A stretch of DNA of 64,000 nt from the IMG/VR virus record IMGVR_UViG_3300032770_000018, positions 1 to 64,000 of that record; one strand, 5' to 3'. The position numbers and the translations under genes were made by a program. The stretch's first letter is position 1, and every line of letters begins with the position of its first letter. Below the pieces are notes generated by a model that ran no database searches, was not told where the DNA came from, and saw only the letters and a program-made list of their open reading frames with translations. Origin of the DNA: a virus. Shown piece after piece: positions 62,001 to 64,000 of this stretch.

Positions 62001-64000
62001 CTGATCGCCCTCAAATCCCTCGAGGCGATGAAGAACGACGGTACCGCCGCGGTAATCCTCGGGGCAACCATGCAGCCGCAGCAGAAGGTGGTCAAAGGCG
62101 CACAGTGGGTTTTCGAGAATTACCTCTATGGCCACTATCACGTTGCCGCAAACTTTGAAGTCTCTGGCGATCTCTACGCCAAGCAGGGAACGAAGTGGCC
62201 GATTCGGGTGATCATCATTGCCGGGCGCCGGGCGACTCCGCTGACGGGCGAGCTGGCGCCGGCGAGCGTGCAACGCCTGGGCATGTTCGACGAACTATGG
62301 ACCCAGGCCGAAAGGACTCACGATGACGTTGTTAGAGCAAAAGAAGCCCTGGTGTCCGGTCGAGAGCCCGGACTACCTGTGCCTGCTGGGGCCAAACCAG
62401 GCCCCGCCAAAGGACAAACTCCGGTTCCTCTTCCTCCAACAGGACCTCCTGGAACTCCTGGTAAAGGAGGCAAGCCACAACGAGGTGGAGGAGGCAAACC
62501 GACGCCTGCTGGAAAACCTACAGGAGGACTTCCTGGTCAACCTCCCGTGCAAGCTCCTGGCGGACCCGGCGGGACCCCACCAACTGCTGTTCAACCCGGC
62601 GCCGGAGGGGACAAAACTGTCGGAGTGGAAGGAGGAACTCCCGGAAAAACTGGCGCTCCCGGAAATGCCCCAGGCGCAGGCGGCGGCGCTGGCAAAGAGC
62701 CTCAGCCTGGAAAGCTTCCTGGCAAGGGTCCTGTAAGGGGCGGCCGAAAGGCTGACGACCTCTCCGGGATGGCCGACGATGAGTTGGATAACCTACTCGA
62801 CGCGGCGGTCCAGGAGAATCAGCCGGCTCCGGCTCAGGCACCGAAAGCGGCGCCGGCGCCGAAGGCATCAACCTCGGGCCAACGCGGCGGCGCGCTTCCC
62901 GGCGGCAAGGCCCAGGCGCCGAAGCCTGCGCCAGCGCCGAAGCTTTCGGACGCAGCCAAAGACGCGGCCAAGGCGTTCGACGAAGGGATGAAAGGCCTTA
63001 ACGACCTCTTCGGAGGCGGAGGGCTGGTTGGTAGTGGGCCAGCGTTCAACGAAGACACCTACCAGAAGGCCAAGGGCCATTTCAAACAGGCATACGACGC
63101 GTTTGTGAGCATGGGTCGCACACTCAAGGAGTTCGTGGCCGAGTGTCTGCGCCGCTGGGGCAATAACGTGCGGGACTACATCCGCCGGTTCATCAAGGAC
63201 ATGCAGGCCGAACAGGAGGCCAAGACGGAGATCGAACCGGGGAAGGCCAACGCCTTGCAGGATGTTTACGAGCCGCGCTCGGAGGCGACGCCGCTGGGAA
63301 CGCTCACTCCGAAGAACATCTCGGTCGGGGAGCACGCGGCGCTCGATGCCCTCAAAGCCCGGGTTGGTTCGCTCGACAACTACGTGGCGGACAAGCTCAA
63401 TATGCAGCCGGACGAGGTGAAACAGGTCCTGGCCGGCGAGCAGGTTGACGGCGTGGCACAGGGGATTAACCAGGTCGAGACCGGAGGGGCGGTCATTATC
63501 GGAGACCAAACGGGTATCGGTAAAGGGCGCCAGGGAGCCGGGATGCTGCGATACGGCATCGTTAATGGAGCGGTCGCCGTGTTCATGACCAAGGACCCGA
63601 AGCTCTTCTCAGACATGCACGGGGACCTTGCGGACATCCACACGCAGATCCGTCCATTCATCATGGGCAGTCCGGCAAAGGCCAGCATCGTCGGCAGGGA
63701 CGGCCAGGTGATCCACCGTGCTCCCGGGCTTGAGGTCCAGCGGCGCGAAATGGCACGCATTCTCCAGGGCGGCTGGGCCAACAGTGGCTACAACTGCATC
63801 TTTCTCACCTACTCGCAGGTCAACGATCGGAACGAACGGCAGCAGTTCCTCGAGCGGTTGGCGGCTACCAATCCCACGCTGATCGTGATGGATGAGGCTC
63901 ACGAGGCGGCTGGCGACTCGGGAAGCTCGATGCAGGCGGCATTCATCACCGGCGGTCAGGTCCAGCGCGGGTCGGGGGCGCAGCGGAAGACCATCACGGT
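59061..64000 (+). CDS. large polyvalent DarB-like virion protein: amino-MTase domain + Strawberry-notch SF2 helicase (runs off window end)
   Basis: Same frame at ATG 59061, ENQAYSTPAP (61677), YDGTGGNGML, NPPFG, GDQTGIGKGRQ (63501), TYSQ, MDEAH. Confidence 0.85.
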   Translation, partial: MAFLTPEEIDAIGETPSGAAPRSMERVLTPDQIDQIGQGSALRSRQEIDTRSFQTPSIASHQATFFPRPGPTAPSGVPVEPITAPDIAGGAAEAVQEYPKNVGKILSLGYAGAADVTSQAMGLPKAQADATGQTEPDSWANIKAVLNEEDLPMDQIIRQTPGLPGMLAKAGKMWLDLIPRIYLMRGFGAAGMGPATAGALAFGTKPTGSGIDPVGAALGALMPGVQEVGRTLGGSLADSLMRRGLINAGDKFTRNLVEEVGGVGAIQTLNEALNSPQLYQLYQQDPHQFWSQIGADTLGSAAFMLVGARDWATGPGPWSSAFMRAVEKTYTPEDLKDIYLRVNRGEATQEEQQIVRFINTKVSSPGEAIRGGATIRTETPIFTSPFWQKFFGLAAKDPEIRLTGAPGQQPPAAPAATAAPQPRPGGRPLLLGTGEADATTQEQQPGSVPPQRGGTIPQQPGQAPGGTAVAPADTGNRLPGAAGSPPGGIPAGTPPTTPTPVPPAPKPAAGGKPPAVAPDWKTIKPDDISAMPAETFGPWYASLVVNRKPLQDRLAKEETADTLAQHLAAATTGAGLVRRMAEAETDPAKRQDLMNRYLAATQKVQLFHEALGIKNGIIAKGPAKPSLPINPATIGLPQWRQQDHNVTRSGKDSYYVPTTGDRTLWPGVTSKRRVVDMQYFLEKLKRGEIGQEEYNRQIQGIRDNPMYGKPEPVPPPAAPKWKDIGPNSNGDTVFEDDNGVRSILRGSVRVTEPVRMIPTREGVQTATGDRTGTEFETATEARKRTSPEAGNALRALVNSAENNQQKAAEVKRLADKEGVTVKQMQERIEAEVVKMANETARRPDLSPKEKFQELIALYNRQPVFSARTSTSVENQAYSTPAPIAFATGYMADVGPSSSQYDGTGGNGMLLIGGDIAHSWANELDPARQAALKALGVGIVTGNDATTFRPNVKYDVVRLNPPFGSIGNTLYDGFGISKLEHLIALKSLEAMKNDGTAAVILGATMQPQQKVVKGAQWVFENYLYGHYHVAANFEVSGDLYAKQGTKWPIRVIIIAGRRATPLTGELAPASVQRLGMFDELWTQAERTHDDVVRAKEALVSGREPGLPVPAGAKPGPAKGQTPVPLPPTGPPGTPGKGGKPQRGGGGKPTPAGKPTGGLPGQPPVQAPGGPGGTPPTAVQPGAGGDKTVGVEGGTPGKTGAPGNAPGAGGGAGKEPQPGKLPGKGPVRGGRKADDLSGMADDELDNLLDAAVQENQPAPAQAPKAAPAPKASTSGQRGGALPGGKAQAPKPAPAPKLSDAAKDAAKAFDEGMKGLNDLFGGGGLVGSGPAFNEDTYQKAKGHFKQAYDAFVSMGRTLKEFVAECLRRWGNNVRDYIRRFIKDMQAEQEAKTEIEPGKANALQDVYEPRSEATPLGTLTPKNISVGEHAALDALKARVGSLDNYVADKLNMQPDEVKQVLAGEQVDGVAQGINQVETGGAVIIGDQTGIGKGRQGAGMLRYGIVNGAVAVFMTKDPKLFSDMHGDLADIHTQIRPFIMGSPAKASIVGRDGQVIHRAPGLEVQRREMARILQGGWANSGYNCIFLTYSQVNDRNERQQFLERLAATNPTLIVMDEAHEAAGDSGSSMQAAFITGGQVQRGSGAQRKTIT
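60370..60609 (+). CDS. nested small basic protein (MPLxKxxSxxAFxxNVxE...QxxAIAY family) in +1 frame
   Basis: Matches a common stand-alone phage small-protein motif; host frame is a low-complexity linker here. Confidence 0.7.
   Translation: MPLLKSSSQEAFHRNVAELYRSNQDKPPEERRSRQQILAIAYRVQRGAHREESQRARRRPRQRPSRLRQSQRRGASLRR
62323..62736 (+). CDS. nested Leu/Glu-rich protein in +1 frame
   Basis: 137 aa with globular helical composition; host frame is a G/P-rich linker. Confidence 0.6.
   Translation: MTLLEQKKPWCPVESPDYLCLLGPNQAPPKDKLRFLFLQQDLLELLVKEASHNEVEEANRRLLENLQEDFLVNLPCKLLADPAGPHQLLFNPAPEGTKLSEWKEELPEKLALPEMPQAQAAALAKSLSLESFLARVL

Noticed and set aside
1-64000. tRNA, tmRNA, rRNA genes and CRISPR arrays
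   Set aside because: No cloverleaf with T-loop/CCA and no regularly spaced repeat-spacer array seen by eye; a tRNAscan/ARAGORN run would be needed to exclude them fully

Overview
The window is an internal 64-kb segment of a GC-rich tailed-phage (Caudoviricetes) genome with podovirus-like gene order. No host housekeeping genes or att junction are visible. The left part (1-23.7 kb) is mostly minus-strand early, DNA-modification and replication genes: MazG-like pyrophosphatase, tyrosine recombinase, ASCH, two HNH nucleases, a C5 and an amino DNA methyltransferase, DUF5131, RusA, a KhpA-like KH protein, DnaB, initiator, RecE-like exonuclease, SMC-like and Sak4-like ATPases. The right part is mostly plus-strand late genes: exported fibre/enzyme module, holin-like proteins, PP-loop/PAPS-reductase-like morons, divergent GroES+TerL, portal, scaffold, capsid, a glycosyltransferase cluster, tail/ejection proteins, paired DDxxD isoprenoid-synthase-like proteins, and a DarB-like polyvalent protein running off the end. 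TN-rich exported proteins and leaderless promoters suggest a Verrucomicrobiota (Pedosphaera/Limisphaerales-like) host; this is inference. The most unusual observations are: (1) large, densely base-paired plus-strand non-coding RNA candidates at about 4.26-4.70 kb and 8.10-8.56 kb with kissing-loop/pseudoknot complementarity; (2) repeated dual-frame coding, including a RusA fold split collinearly between two overlapping frames, an M.EcoHK31I-type alpha/beta methyltransferase, and genes nested in the DarB-like ORF; (3) virion-type proteins (capsid, fibre, lectin) carrying signal peptides next to glycosyltransferases and prenyl-synthase-like genes, suggesting an export/modification route for virion parts; (4) an amino-MTase with four tandem SPPY/F catalytic modules; (5) a recurring heptad operator-like motif and leaderless late promoters. 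All calls come from motif recognition by eye; no database searches or folding programs were run.
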